Shown: positions 19,780-30,275, counted from the first letter of the stretch. The stretch: DNA of 64,000 nt from Candidatus Eiseniibacteriota bacterium (GCA_965224245.1 OZ245046.1:5248001-5312000), one strand, 5' to 3'. Translations and numbers: made by a program. The notes: generated by a model from the sequence alone, not told the origin.

Positions 19780-22089
19780 GTGAAGCGACTCGGCAGCAGG
19801 GCCGGTACCACCGCGCTCGCGGCACTCATCGGCGTACTCGTCCTCGGGGTCGCGTGCAGCCGCTCGGACCACGACGGCACCACCGGTGACACCGAGCGCG
19901 GCGCGACGGACACCGGCCGGGACGTCGGCGCGATCGGCAAGACGTCGACCGACCCCGGAGCCCGCGATGACGACGAGGAGAACCTCACGCCGATCCGCGC
20001 GGAGTTCCTCCGCGTGGCCGACGAGCTCTACGGTGGCAGCGACTTCTATTTCGGACGCCAGCAGCTGGCCGCGTGGCAGGGTGCGCTCGACGTGCCGAAC
20101 CTGCCGCTGCCCAGGCGGATCCAGGCTCACGCCAAGCTGAGCGTGGAGCTCCTGCGCGTGGGCGACATCGATGCGTGCCTCGAGCACATCGGCGAGGCAC
20201 GCCGACTGGCCGAGGGCGATCCCGCGATGCGGTCGGTGATGCCGCAGATCCTGCGGAACCAGGGCATGATGTACCTGCGCAAGGCGGAGCTGGAGAACTG
20301 CATCGCGCGGCACAACGCCGAGTGCTGTCAGTTTCCCCTGCGCGGAGGAGGCGTGCACGAGGTCCGGTCGCCCGCGGAGTCGGCCGCGGAGTGCTTCGAG
20401 CGGTTCCTCCAGCTCGAGCCCGGGGATCTCCGTGTACGCTGGCTCCTGAACCTGACGCACATGGCGCTCGGCGATCATCCCGAGGGCGTGCCCGAGCGCG
20501 ACCGGATCCCGCCGAGCGCGTTCGAGTCCGACGCCGACATCGGACGGTTCGCGAACATCGCCTCCGACGTGGGCATCGACTCCTTCGACCTGGCCGGGGG
20601 CAGCCTCGTCGAGGACTTCGACGGCGACGGGTTCCTCGACATCATCACCTCCACCGTCGATCCGAGAGGATCGATGACGTACTACCGCAACCGCGGCGAC
20701 GGGACGTTCGAGGATCGCACCGCCGTCTCCGGGCTGATCGATCAGCTCGGCGGGCTCAACTGCATCAGCGGTGACTACGACGACGACGGCGACGTGGACG
20801 TGCTCGTGCTCCGCGGCGCCTGGCTCTTCGAGGCGGGGCAGATCCGGAACTCCCTGCTCCGAAACGGTGGTGACGGCACCTTCACCGACGTCACGCACGC
20901 GGCCGGTCTCGCCACGCCCGCGCGCCCGACGCAGGCCGCGACCTTCCTCGACTACGACCTCGACGGCGATCTCGATCTGTACGTCGGCAACGAGTCGCGC
21001 GCCGGAGCGGAAGCCGGTCAGGACTTTCCCTCGCAGCTCTTCCGCAACGAGGGCGACGGCACGTTCGCCGACGTGTCCGCCGCCGCCGGTGTGACGAACG
21101 ATCGCTACTGCAAGGGCGTCGCCGCCGGTGACTACGACAACGACGGGGATCCCGACCTCTACGTATCGAACATTCGGGACAACCGGCTCTATCGGAACAA
21201 CGGCGACGGGACGTTTACCGACGTCGCGTTCTCGGCCGGCGTGGCCGAGCCGCGCGGACGCGCGTTCGCGACCTGGTTCTTCGACCACGACAACGACGGC
21301 TGGCTGGACATCTTCTGCGCCGCATACGACGCGTCGGTGGAGGCGATCGCGTCGGACTATCTGGGGCTCCAGCACCAGGCCACCGGTCCCAAGCTCTACC
21401 GCAACCAGGGCGACGGCACGTTCCGGAATGTCGCGCCGGAGCTCGGACTCGATCGGCCCTTTCTGCCCATGGGCGCGAACTTCGGCGACCTCGACAACGA
21501 CGGCTGGCTCGACGTGGCACTGGCCACCGGAGACCCCAACTTCGAGACGCTCGTCCCCAACGTGATGCTGCGCAACGACGGCGCGCGGGCGTTCCAGGAC
21601 GTCACGACGTCCGGCGGCTTCGGACACCTCCAGAAGGGTCACGGCGTGTCGTTCGCCGACATCGACAACGACGGCGACCAGGACGTGCACCAGCAGCTCG
21701 GCGGCATGCTGATGGCCGACCAGTACTTCAACGCGCTGTTCCAGAACCCGGGACACGGAAACGCGTTCGTGATCGTCGAGCTCGTGGGGCGCGAGACGAA
21801 CCACTTCGGTGTCGGGGCGCGAGTGGCGGTGACCGTAGACACGCCCGAGGGGTCACGAACGCTCCACCGCGCGGTGGGATCGGTGTCGAGCTTCGGCGGA
21901 TCGCCGCTGCGTCAGGAGATCGGGCTCGGCGATGCGACCGCGATCACCGAGATCGTCGTCGAGTGGCCGGTGTCCGGGGATCGCACGCGGGTGACGAACG
22001 TGAGGCTGAACTCACGCGTGCGCGTGTCCGAGATGGACGGTCCCGCCGAGCCGGAGACGCTTCCGCTCACGCGGGTGACCCTGCCCTAG
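19780..22089 (+). CDS. Lipoprotein with short helical/TPR region, FG-GAP repeats and ASPIC-UnbV domain (CRTAC1-like)
   Basis: Lipobox LGVAC; repeated DxDxDGxxD and RNxGDGTFxDV; C-terminal GLG...VEWP. Confidence 0.85.
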   Translation: MKRLGSRAGTTALAALIGVLVLGVACSRSDHDGTTGDTERGATDTGRDVGAIGKTSTDPGARDDDEENLTPIRAEFLRVADELYGGSDFYFGRQQLAAWQGALDVPNLPLPRRIQAHAKLSVELLRVGDIDACLEHIGEARRLAEGDPAMRSVMPQILRNQGMMYLRKAELENCIARHNAECCQFPLRGGGVHEVRSPAESAAECFERFLQLEPGDLRVRWLLNLTHMALGDHPEGVPERDRIPPSAFESDADIGRFANIASDVGIDSFDLAGGSLVEDFDGDGFLDIITSTVDPRGSMTYYRNRGDGTFEDRTAVSGLIDQLGGLNCISGDYDDDGDVDVLVLRGAWLFEAGQIRNSLLRNGGDGTFTDVTHAAGLATPARPTQAATFLDYDLDGDLDLYVGNESRAGAEAGQDFPSQLFRNEGDGTFADVSAAAGVTNDRYCKGVAAGDYDNDGDPDLYVSNIRDNRLYRNNGDGTFTDVAFSAGVAEPRGRAFATWFFDHDNDGWLDIFCAAYDASVEAIASDYLGLQHQATGPKLYRNQGDGTFRNVAPELGLDRPFLPMGANFGDLDNDGWLDVALATGDPNFETLVPNVMLRNDGARAFQDVTTSGGFGHLQKGHGVSFADIDNDGDQDVHQQLGGMLMADQYFNALFQNPGHGNAFVIVELVGRETNHFGVGARVAVTVDTPEGSRTLHRAVGSVSSFGGSPLRQEIGLGDATAITEIVVEWPVSGDRTRVTNVRLNSRVRVSEMDGPAEPETLPLTRVTLP

Positions 22090-22095
22090 GCCGGC

Positions 22096-23871
22096 TCAGC
22101 GCGTGAGCGCGTCCAGACGCGCCTTGACCTCGTCGTCGGGCTCCAGCTCGAGGAGCGTCTCGTAGGCCGCCTTGGCGTCGTCCGTGCGGCCCAGCGCCTC
22201 CAGCGTCACGCCGAGGTTGTACCACGCGCGCGCATACTCCGGATCGCTCGCCACCGACTGGTAGAGCTTCTCGACGGCCTCTTCCGGGCGACCGGTGGCC
22301 TTGAGCACGAGCCCCCAGTTGTACGCCGTCGAGGCCCGGAGCGTGCCGAACTGCTCGAGCCTCTCGAACGTCTCCAGCGCCTCGTCGAGCTTGCCGATGC
22401 GCGCGAGCGTGGTGGCCAGCCGCGTGGCCACGTCCGGATCCGATGGCGCGAGCCGGGCCGCGTCGCGATACGCGATCGCGGCCTCCTCCAGCCGATCGAG
22501 TCGGACGAGCGCGATGCCGATGTTGTCGTACGCGGCGCCGTTCGTCGAGTCGGCCGCCACGGCCCGGCGGTACCGGTCCAGAGCGGCCTCGTTGTCGTCG
22601 GCCAGTCGATGCACGTTCCCCCAGTTCACGTAGGCCGGCGACGAGAGCTCGCCGCTGCCCTCGGCGCGCCGGAACTCCGCCAGCGCCTCGTCGATCGATC
22701 CCGCGCGCCCGAGCGTCGTGGCGTACGCGGCCCGGAGCTCGTGATCCTCGGGCGTTGTCGCGGTCGCCGCCCGGTACTCGGCCAGCGCGCCGTCCATGTC
22801 ACCGTCCTCGAGGAGAAGCGAGGCCAGCTGCGAGCGCGAGGCGACCATGGTCGAGTCCAGCTCGACGGCCCGGCGCAGGTGGTCGAGTGCGGGAAGGCGA
22901 TCGCCGGTCTGGAGGTAGCACGTGCCCAGCCGCTGGTGCGCGGCCGCGCGATCGGGCTCCTCGTCCACGACGACGAGAAGGTCCTCGATCGCGCTCGCGA
23001 AGGCGCCGGCCTCCATCGCCTGCACCGCGCGCTGGAAGCACAGGAACGAGCTGATCCCCTCGGCGCCCACCTCCTGGATCAGAGGATCGGGGAGGTTGTA
23101 GATCGTCTCCAGGCCCGATGCGCGGGCCGCCGCGGACTCGGCGTCCTCCCGGCGATCCAGGCGCGCGTACGCCTGGGAGAGCGCGATCAGCGCCGCCGCG
23201 TCGGTGGGGACGAGCTCGGCCGCCCGCTCGAGATGCGACACCGAGGCTGCCGCGTCGCCCTGCCCCAGCAGCACCTGACCGAGTCCGCGATGCGCCACGG
23301 CCAGGTTCGGCGCCAGATCGATCGCGTGCTCGTAGCTCGCGCGGGCCTCGGCGGGCAGGTTCTGCTTGGCCTGGAGATCGGCCAGGCGCACGAGGAGCGG
23401 CGGATAGTCGTCGCGGATCACGCGGGCGCGCTCGTGGGCAGCCAGCACCTCCTCGGCGGGCGCGGTGCCGTCGAGATCCATCGCTCGGGCGAGGAAGTAG
23501 GCCCATCGAAGATCCGCCGGCGCCAGCTCGTTGGCGCGCCGGTAGCCCGCGATCGCCGGTGCGTAGAGACGGTGCACGTGACACACCTTGCCGAAGCGTC
23601 CCCACGCCTCGGCGTCGCTCGGCGTCGAGAGTGCGGCTCGGTGCGCCTCGGTGATGCGCTCGGCCACGCGCCGCTGCATGCCCGAGAGATCGGGCAGCGC
23701 GATCGACACCGTCTCGGCGGGAGGCGTGTCCTCGGAGGACCCGCACCCGAGCGGTCCCGCCGCCAGCGCGGCCACGAGCGCGACGGCAATCAGTCGGCCG
23801 GCGAGCGTGAGGGTGACGGATGCGCCGCACCACGACTCGCGAGCTCGGGATCGGATCATGGCTTCGTTCAC
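22096..23871 (-). CDS. Tetratricopeptide-repeat lipoprotein
   Basis: Many 34-aa TPR units (AWYNLG, AYDNIG, AHRGLG); lipobox PLGC; GTGA overlap with the upstream gene. Confidence 0.85.
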   Translation of the reverse strand: MNEAMIRSRARESWCGASVTLTLAGRLIAVALVAALAAGPLGCGSSEDTPPAETVSIALPDLSGMQRRVAERITEAHRAALSTPSDAEAWGRFGKVCHVHRLYAPAIAGYRRANELAPADLRWAYFLARAMDLDGTAPAEEVLAAHERARVIRDDYPPLLVRLADLQAKQNLPAEARASYEHAIDLAPNLAVAHRGLGQVLLGQGDAAASVSHLERAAELVPTDAAALIALSQAYARLDRREDAESAAARASGLETIYNLPDPLIQEVGAEGISSFLCFQRAVQAMEAGAFASAIEDLLVVVDEEPDRAAAHQRLGTCYLQTGDRLPALDHLRRAVELDSTMVASRSQLASLLLEDGDMDGALAEYRAATATTPEDHELRAAYATTLGRAGSIDEALAEFRRAEGSGELSSPAYVNWGNVHRLADDNEAALDRYRRAVAADSTNGAAYDNIGIALVRLDRLEEAAIAYRDAARLAPSDPDVATRLATTLARIGKLDEALETFERLEQFGTLRASTAYNWGLVLKATGRPEEAVEKLYQSVASDPEYARAWYNLGVTLEALGRTDDAKAAYETLLELEPDDEVKARLDALTR

Positions 23872-25652
23872 GATGCAGCTTCTCCCTGTCCCCGTATCAG
23901 CGTGATCTCGACGTTCGTCGGTCCGCCCGGAAACCGTTCGCGGTATCCATCGGTCCACTGTACGACCAGCGCGTCGACCGTCTCCCGCGGACCGACGCCG
24001 AAGTGCGGGACCGGATCCGAGCTCGACAGGTACGAAAACCCCCGATTGACGGTACGGACCCACTGCCGATCGCCGGCACGGATCTCCACGCGGGAGCCGA
24101 TGGCGAGCGTGCCCGGTCGTGTCTCGGCGCGGATCCGCAGCCAGCGTCCGGCCGGTGGAGCGTCGTTGCGGAAGATCCGGGCCGGCCCCTCGACGTTGGC
24201 CACCAGCAGGTCGAGGTCGCCGTCCCCGTCCACGTCGCCGGTCGCGAGGCCCCGCGAGATCTCCACGTCCCCGGTCAGGCGACCGCCCACGCGGGCCGAG
24301 GCATCCTCGAACACCCCGGTCCCGTCGTTCAAGTGAACGAGGTTCGGCTCGGCGTAGTCCTTCCAGAATCCGGTGGGGATCGCGTCGGGGTACGCGTCCT
24401 GCCTGAGCACGCGGCCGTTCAGGATCACGAGGTCCAGTCCACCGTCCAGGTCCAGATCGATCGCGGCGGTGCCGAACCCCGTGAACGGCACGCTCGGGCG
24501 CTCCAGACGGGCACGCGCGGTGACGTCCTCGAACCCGGTGGCGCCGAGGTTGCGATAGAGCGTGTTGCTCTCGCGCGTGAGGTGTGTGACGAAGAGATCC
24601 AGGTTCAGATCACCGTCGAAGTCGGCGGCGAGCACGCCCATCCCGGCCTCGGCCACGCCGTGCCAGTTCAGCGCCACGCCCTGGAACATCGCCTCGTCGG
24701 CGAACGTGCCGTCGCGCCGGTTCATCCAGAGCTGATTGGCATCTCCGTCGTTGGCCACGTAGATGTCCACCCATCCGTCGCGGTCGAGGTCCTCGCAGAC
24801 GACGCCGAGACCCGCGCCCGCCACCGTCGTCATGCCGGCCGACGCCGACACGTCGGTGAACGTGCCGTCTCCCTCGTTGCGCAGCAGGACGTCGCTGACC
24901 GGGGGAAACGACTTCGGTCCGCAGAAGTCCGGCCGGCCCGTGAACTCCGTGCACGCACGCGACGGGTCGTAGTCGAGGTAGCGACAGACGTAGAGATCGA
25001 GGTCCCCGTCGCGATCCACGTCCACGAAGCTCGCCGACGTGGACCATCCGTCCACCGAGACGCCGGCTGCCTCGGTCACGTCCTCGAACGTGCCGTCGCC
25101 GCGGTTTCGGTACAGGTGATCGCGGCCGACGTTCGTGACGTACAGGTCCACGTCGCCGTCGGCGTCGATGTCGCCGGCGGCGACGCCCATGCCGTACCCC
25201 GGGTCTCCGAGACCGGACTCGTCGGTGACGTCCACGAACGTCCCGTCGGGATCCTGGCGGTAGGCACGATTGCGGGCCTCGCCGGATGCGGGGTCGAACG
25301 CACGGAGCTCCTCGGTCGACATCGCGCGCGTGATGCCGGGCCGGCCGTTGGTCAGGTACGCGTCGAGATCTCCGTCGCCGTCGAGATCCACGAGCGCGGC
25401 ACCGGCGCCCATGATCTCGGGAATGTGCATCTCGCCGGAGCCTCCGGAGGTGTGTGCGAATGCGAGGCCGAGCGACTCGGTCACGTCCACGAACCAGGCC
25501 GCGCCGCCGTCGGTCGCCTCCGTCACCGTGGCCTCACCGGTCGGAGTGGCCCTCGGACGCGCGTCGTCCGAGCCGCCGCAGCCTACGATCGACAGCGCGA
25601 ACGCCGGCAGACACACGATGCCGAGACCTCGGCGGAGAGAGCGTTCGCGCAT
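23868..25652 (-). CDS. FG-GAP repeat / ASPIC-UnbV lipoprotein (CRTAC1-like)
   Basis: Lipobox IVGC; DLDGDGDLD repeats; SRGLATGDVDGDG; GFSYLS...HFG; GGAGG RBS. Confidence 0.88.
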   Translation of the reverse strand: MRERSLRRGLGIVCLPAFALSIVGCGGSDDARPRATPTGEATVTEATDGGAAWFVDVTESLGLAFAHTSGGSGEMHIPEIMGAGAALVDLDGDGDLDAYLTNGRPGITRAMSTEELRAFDPASGEARNRAYRQDPDGTFVDVTDESGLGDPGYGMGVAAGDIDADGDVDLYVTNVGRDHLYRNRGDGTFEDVTEAAGVSVDGWSTSASFVDVDRDGDLDLYVCRYLDYDPSRACTEFTGRPDFCGPKSFPPVSDVLLRNEGDGTFTDVSASAGMTTVAGAGLGVVCEDLDRDGWVDIYVANDGDANQLWMNRRDGTFADEAMFQGVALNWHGVAEAGMGVLAADFDGDLNLDLFVTHLTRESNTLYRNLGATGFEDVTARARLERPSVPFTGFGTAAIDLDLDGGLDLVILNGRVLRQDAYPDAIPTGFWKDYAEPNLVHLNDGTGVFEDASARVGGRLTGDVEISRGLATGDVDGDGDLDLLVANVEGPARIFRNDAPPAGRWLRIRAETRPGTLAIGSRVEIRAGDRQWVRTVNRGFSYLSSSDPVPHFGVGPRETVDALVVQWTDGYRERFPGGPTNVEITLIRGQGEAAS

Positions 25653-25701
25653 CGTCGGGAGTCTCCTCCAATGAGTCCAACTTCTTGCGACAAAGTGGGT
25701 T

Positions 25702-25731
25702 AGTCTACGTGTGGAAGCGCGATCGTGGCAA
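25702..25731 (-). promoter_or_regulatory. Possible sigma70-like promoter for the ASPIC/TPR operon
   Basis: TTGCCA-N18-TAGACT on the minus strand; a second TAGACT at 25736-25741 faces the ECF gene. Confidence 0.4.
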
Positions 25732-25794
25732 CAGGTAGACTCCTCGGCGCGAAGTCGGGCGGCCGGCACACGAGACACACGGAGAGCTTCGAAC

Positions 25795-26403
25795 GTGAGC
25801 AACGACCCCCAAAGCTCGACACCGCACGGATCCGACCTCGGGAGCACGGCCCACCTCCTGGACGCCGTCCGACGGGGCGACGAGTCGGCAATCAGCAGAC
25901 TCGTAACGATTTACGCACCGCTGCTGGAGCGCTGGGCGCACGGGCGTCTGCCCGCGAGCGCGCGAGGTCTGGTCGAGACGCAGGACCTCGTGCAGGTTTC
26001 CCTGATCCGGGTGTTGGATCGGATAGAGCACTTCGACGCGGAGCGGCCGGGCTCGTTCCTGGCTTACCTCCGCCGAACGGTGCTGAACCAGCTCCGCAAC
26101 GAGATCCGGAACGCCGGGCGACGGCCCTCGGGCCCTCCGGTGACCGACCTGGAGCCCGATCCGGCCCCGTCGGTTCTGGAGCAAGCCGTGGGGCGCGAGG
26201 CGCTCGAGCGATACGAGGCGGCGCTCGCGGAGCTCAACGAGGAGTACCAGGCGGCGATCATCCTGCGCTTCGAGTTTGGACTGAAGCACGCGGATATCGC
26301 CGACGCGCTCGGCAGTCCGTCGCCGAACGCCGCTCGCATGGTCGTGTCGCGCGCCGTGCACCAGCTCACGCGGCTGCTCGGCACGCCGGAGGGAGACCGA
26401 TGA
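25795..26403 (+). CDS. ECF sigma factor, kinase-associated
   Basis: Region 2 (ETQDLVQ...FLAYLRRTVLN) and region 4 (YQAAIILRF...ARMVVSRA); ATGA overlap with the kinase. Confidence 0.88.
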   Translation: MSNDPQSSTPHGSDLGSTAHLLDAVRRGDESAISRLVTIYAPLLERWAHGRLPASARGLVETQDLVQVSLIRVLDRIEHFDAERPGSFLAYLRRTVLNQLRNEIRNAGRRPSGPPVTDLEPDPAPSVLEQAVGREALERYEAALAELNEEYQAAIILRFEFGLKHADIADALGSPSPNAARMVVSRAVHQLTRLLGTPEGDR

Positions 26404-28175
26404 CCCCGACTTCCGACTCGGCGCTCGAGCGCTTGACCGACCGGGTCGTGGACGCCACGCCGATCGACTGGGACGCCGAGGACACGTCTTTCACCCCAGA
26501 CCTGCGCGGCCGCGTGGACGCACTCCGCCTGCTGACCACGATCGGTGACGCACACCGGATCGTCGACGAGCCGGAGGCCGATCGCACGATCCTGTTCGAG
26601 TGGGGCGGGCTCCGGGTACTGGAGAAGATCGGCGAGGGGAGCTTCGGAGACGTGTATCGGGCCTTCGATCCGCTGCTGCGGCGACAGGTCGCGCTGAAGC
26701 TCTGGCGGGGCTCGGCATCGGAGAAGCCGCTGATGGCGCGCCGCATCCTGGAGGAGGCGGGGCGCCTGGCCCGGGTGCGCCATCCCAACGTGCCGGTGAT
26801 CCACGGCGCGAGGACCGAGGACGATCGCGTCGGCTTCTGGACCGATCTGCTCTTCGGACGCTCGCTGGACTCGCGGCTCTCGAACGGGGAGCGCTTCGGC
26901 GCGGTGGAAGCCGCCGCCATCGGCATGGACGTCACCGGAGCGCTCACGGCCGTTCACGGGGCGGGGCTGGTCCACGGCGACGTCACCGCCGCCAACGTGA
27001 TGCGAGAGCCCGACGGGCGGTGCGTGCTCGTGGACTTCGGTGCCGGCTCCGAGCAGCCCGCGGACCCCGATGCGCCGGTCAGCCCGGCGTTCGGGACGCC
27101 GCTGGCTCTGGCGCCCGAGACGCTCGCGGGCCAGCCCGCGTCGGCCGGCTCCGATCTCTACGCGGTGGGCGTGCTCCTGTTCCGGCTCGTCACCGGGCGG
27201 TTTCCGGTGACGGCCTCCACGCTGGTCGAGCTGCGGGCCAGGCACCTCGCCGGTGAGCGGGCCAACCTGCGCGATCTCAGACACGATCTGCCGGAGTCGT
27301 TCGTCGCCGTGGTCGACCGGGCCCTGGAGCCGGCGCCCTCCGATCGCTTCGCGACTGCGGGCGACATGCTGGGTGCGCTCCGTGAGTCGCTGGCCGACGC
27401 GCACGCGCGGCCGCGCGATGGATCCGACCCGGCGCGCCCCGCCGCCACCGTGTCCGGGGCACCGCCGTCGCGGTCCCCGCTGCCACTGCTGGGCTTCATC
27501 GTCGCGCTGGTGGCCGTGATCGCGCTCGTCGTGGGGCGACCGCACGCGCCGTGGCTCGATCCGGCCCCGCTACGAGCTCCATCGACGAGCACCGGCGCGG
27601 CACCGGTCGCGCTCGACGTCGAGCTCAGCTTCCTCCGGAGCCGCGGCGGCGCGCGCGACGTCCTGCCCGCCGGCTCGATGGTGCGACCCGGCGACGCGCT
27701 CTTCATGGAGGTCGAGCTGGGCCAGACGTCGTACGTGTACGTGCTGAACGGCGACCAGGCCGGCGACGTGTACGTGCTGTTCCCCACGCCGGAGCTGGAT
27801 CTCGGCAACCCGCTCTCCGCGTCCCGGCATCGGCTGCCCGGTCCGGTCGACGGTGAGATGCTGGACTGGCAGGTGACGTCGGGACGGGGATACGAGAGCT
27901 TCCTCGTGGTCGTCGCCCGGGATCGACTGACCGCGCTGGAGCGCGCGATCGCGGATCTCCCACGGGCGTCCACCGGCGCCAGCGTGAGCGCGGCGCCACT
28001 GGACATCGCGGCGCTGACGGGACATCGCGGCGTGGGCGGGCTCACGCCCAGCGCCGGGGAGTCCGGCGGCGAGCACGAGGGTCTGACGCGGCTGGCGCGA
28101 TACCTGGAGTCGTCGAGCGCCGAGCCCGGCACGATGCGCATCCGCCAGTTCTCGCTCTACAACGTGGGATCGTGA
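26400..28175 (+). CDS. Membrane-anchored Ser/Thr kinase with C-terminal DUF4384-like extracytoplasmic domain
   Basis: GEGSFG, VALK, HGDVTAAN, DFG, APE, SDLY; one TM helix; PGD.L...YVYVLN...VYVLFP tail. Confidence 0.85.
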   Translation: MTPTSDSALERLTDRVVDATPIDWDAEDTSFTPDLRGRVDALRLLTTIGDAHRIVDEPEADRTILFEWGGLRVLEKIGEGSFGDVYRAFDPLLRRQVALKLWRGSASEKPLMARRILEEAGRLARVRHPNVPVIHGARTEDDRVGFWTDLLFGRSLDSRLSNGERFGAVEAAAIGMDVTGALTAVHGAGLVHGDVTAANVMREPDGRCVLVDFGAGSEQPADPDAPVSPAFGTPLALAPETLAGQPASAGSDLYAVGVLLFRLVTGRFPVTASTLVELRARHLAGERANLRDLRHDLPESFVAVVDRALEPAPSDRFATAGDMLGALRESLADAHARPRDGSDPARPAATVSGAPPSRSPLPLLGFIVALVAVIALVVGRPHAPWLDPAPLRAPSTSTGAAPVALDVELSFLRSRGGARDVLPAGSMVRPGDALFMEVELGQTSYVYVLNGDQAGDVYVLFPTPELDLGNPLSASRHRLPGPVDGEMLDWQVTSGRGYESFLVVVARDRLTALERAIADLPRASTGASVSAAPLDIAALTGHRGVGGLTPSAGESGGEHEGLTRLARYLESSSAEPGTMRIRQFSLYNVGS

Positions 28176-29155
28176 TGATCCCGGGGCTTCTCGGCCTCCA
28201 TCACGTGACCGCGCTGGCCGGCGATGCCCCTCGCAACCTGCGCTTCTGCCGCGACGTGCTGGGGCTCCATCTCGTCAAGCTGACGGTCAACTTCGACGAG
28301 CCGTCCATGCATCACCTCTACTACGGCGACCGCACGGGCCGACCGGGAACCATCCTGACGTTCTTTCCGATGCCGGGCGGAAGGCGGGGTCGGATCGGGG
28401 CGGGGATGATCACGCGGGTGGCGTTCGCCGTCTCGCCCGGCTCGATCGAGGCGTGGAACGCGACTCTCGGCGCGCGCGGTGTGGACACCTCGACCCCGTT
28501 TCGGCGCCTCGATCGCGAGACCGTGCTCCGGTTTCCCGACCCGGACGGGCTCGTGCTGGAGCTGGTCGCGCCGGACGACGTCACCGCCGTCGACGCCGGC
28601 CCCGCACGCGACACCTCGGCGGACGCCGGCCGGACGACACTCACGAATGCGCCCGCGATCCGCCGTCTCCACGGCGTCGGGCTCCTGTCGCGCGACCTCG
28701 ACGCAACGCTCGGGTTTCTCGTCGACGTGCTCGGCATGACGCCGGTGGACGGGACCGACGGGCGCCTCCGTGTCCGCGCATCGGATCCCGATGGCGGGGT
28801 CGTGGACGTGGAAGGCGCGCCGCGCGGCGCCGAGCGGGGTCGCGTCGCCGCCGGCACGACGCACCACGTGGCGTTTCGCGTCCCCGACGACGCGAGCCTC
28901 CGGCACTGGCGCGCCGTGATCGCCGAGACCGGCGCGGTGGTGACCGAGGTGAAGGACCGGAAGTACTTCCGATCGATCTACGTTCGCGAGCCCGGCGGCG
29001 TGCTCGTGGAGCTGGCCACCGATCCTCCGGGGTTCGACGTGGACGAGCCCCCCGATACGCTCGGAACGGCGCTCAGGCTGCCGGCCTCTCTCGAGAGTCG
29101 TCGCGCGGAGATCGAGGCCGCGTTGCCGGACCTGGACACGACTACCAGCCGGTGA
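28172..29155 (+). CDS. VOC-family ring-cleaving dioxygenase (MhqO-like)
   Basis: GLHHVT, TVNFDEP..HLYYGD, HHVAF, DRKYFRSIY.REPGGVL.ELAT. Confidence 0.9.
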   Translation: MMIPGLLGLHHVTALAGDAPRNLRFCRDVLGLHLVKLTVNFDEPSMHHLYYGDRTGRPGTILTFFPMPGGRRGRIGAGMITRVAFAVSPGSIEAWNATLGARGVDTSTPFRRLDRETVLRFPDPDGLVLELVAPDDVTAVDAGPARDTSADAGRTTLTNAPAIRRLHGVGLLSRDLDATLGFLVDVLGMTPVDGTDGRLRVRASDPDGGVVDVEGAPRGAERGRVAAGTTHHVAFRVPDDASLRHWRAVIAETGAVVTEVKDRKYFRSIYVREPGGVLVELATDPPGFDVDEPPDTLGTALRLPASLESRRAEIEAALPDLDTTTSR

Positions 29156-30275
29156 CCTTCGGCCACTCCCCGATCACCCGATCCCCGTCGGCGACCACGA
29201 GCCGATCGTAGGGCGCCGCCATCATGCAGGCGTGGTTCGGAAAGATGCGCACCGGCGTGCCGACCGGGATCGCATCGAACGGGAGCCTCCCCGAGGGCGA
29301 GCGCAGAAACCCGTGCTCCTGGTGCGCGTCCGCGACCACGACGTCGCCGAGGCGCCGCCGGCCGGTCACGTCGAAGACCGGACCGTACCCGAGCGCCCAG
29401 CCGAACGCCTCGCAGCTCCGGTCCTTGGACAGCGCGAGGGCGCCCGCGTCCACGAGCGCGTATCCGGACTCTCGCCGGTGTGTGATGACGGTGGCGAGCA
29501 CCGAGACCGCGACGTCGTCCTCGTCGCACAGCCCGAGCCCATGCTGGTAGTAGTCGAACGCCATGTACACGCCCGGACGCATCTCGGTGACCCCGGTGAG
29601 ATCGCGCGCCAGGAGCGCGGTCGGCGTGGATCCCACGCTGACCGTCGGACACGGGAGGTCCGCGGCCCGGAGCCGAGTCGCCGACGCCACGACCGCGTCG
29701 CGCTCCGCGGCGGCGACGCGCGCGAGGACGTCGGGTCCGCCGCCCGCGTAGCTGTGGCCGGCGTGCGTCATGACTCCCGCCAGCTCCAGCTCCGGTGCAT
29801 CCGCGATCGTGCGGGCGACGTCGACCAGAAGCGGATCCTCCGGCGGTATCCCACCTCGCCTCGCGCCGCAGTCGATCTCGATCAGGACCGGATGCCGGCT
29901 GCCGATCGCACGCGCGCGATCCGCGACCCCACGGGCACCGATCAGGTCGTCGACCACCAGCGTCAGGCGTGCTCCCTCGTGTGCGACGTCCGCTGCTTCA
30001 CGGACCTTGCTCGGCGTGATGCCGATCGCAAGCGTGAGATCAGCGAAGCCCTCCTCGGCGAACGTCCGGGCCTCGCGCAGCGTCGACACCGCCACCGCGC
30101 CGCGCGTGCCGACGGCACGCCGCGCGATCTCCGGACACTTCAGCGTCTTCACGTGAGGCCGAAGCACCACCCCGAGCTCGCGCGCGCGCGCCGACATGCG
30201 ATCCAGGTTGCGCTGGAGCCGTGGCTCGTCGACCACGAGCGCGGGCGTGGGGACGTCGTGGAGGCGCGTGCTCAT
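29142..30275 (-). CDS. DSD1-family PLP enzyme (D-serine dehydratase / D-threonine aldolase-like)
   Basis: TPALVVD, LRPHVKT (PLP Lys), HAGHSY, GSTPT, EMRPG, QEHG, PNHAC. Confidence 0.88.
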   Translation of the reverse strand: MSTRLHDVPTPALVVDEPRLQRNLDRMSARARELGVVLRPHVKTLKCPEIARRAVGTRGAVAVSTLREARTFAEEGFADLTLAIGITPSKVREAADVAHEGARLTLVVDDLIGARGVADRARAIGSRHPVLIEIDCGARRGGIPPEDPLLVDVARTIADAPELELAGVMTHAGHSYAGGGPDVLARVAAAERDAVVASATRLRAADLPCPTVSVGSTPTALLARDLTGVTEMRPGVYMAFDYYQHGLGLCDEDDVAVSVLATVITHRRESGYALVDAGALALSKDRSCEAFGWALGYGPVFDVTGRRRLGDVVVADAHQEHGFLRSPSGRLPFDAIPVGTPVRIFPNHACMMAAPYDRLVVADGDRVIGEWPKVTGW

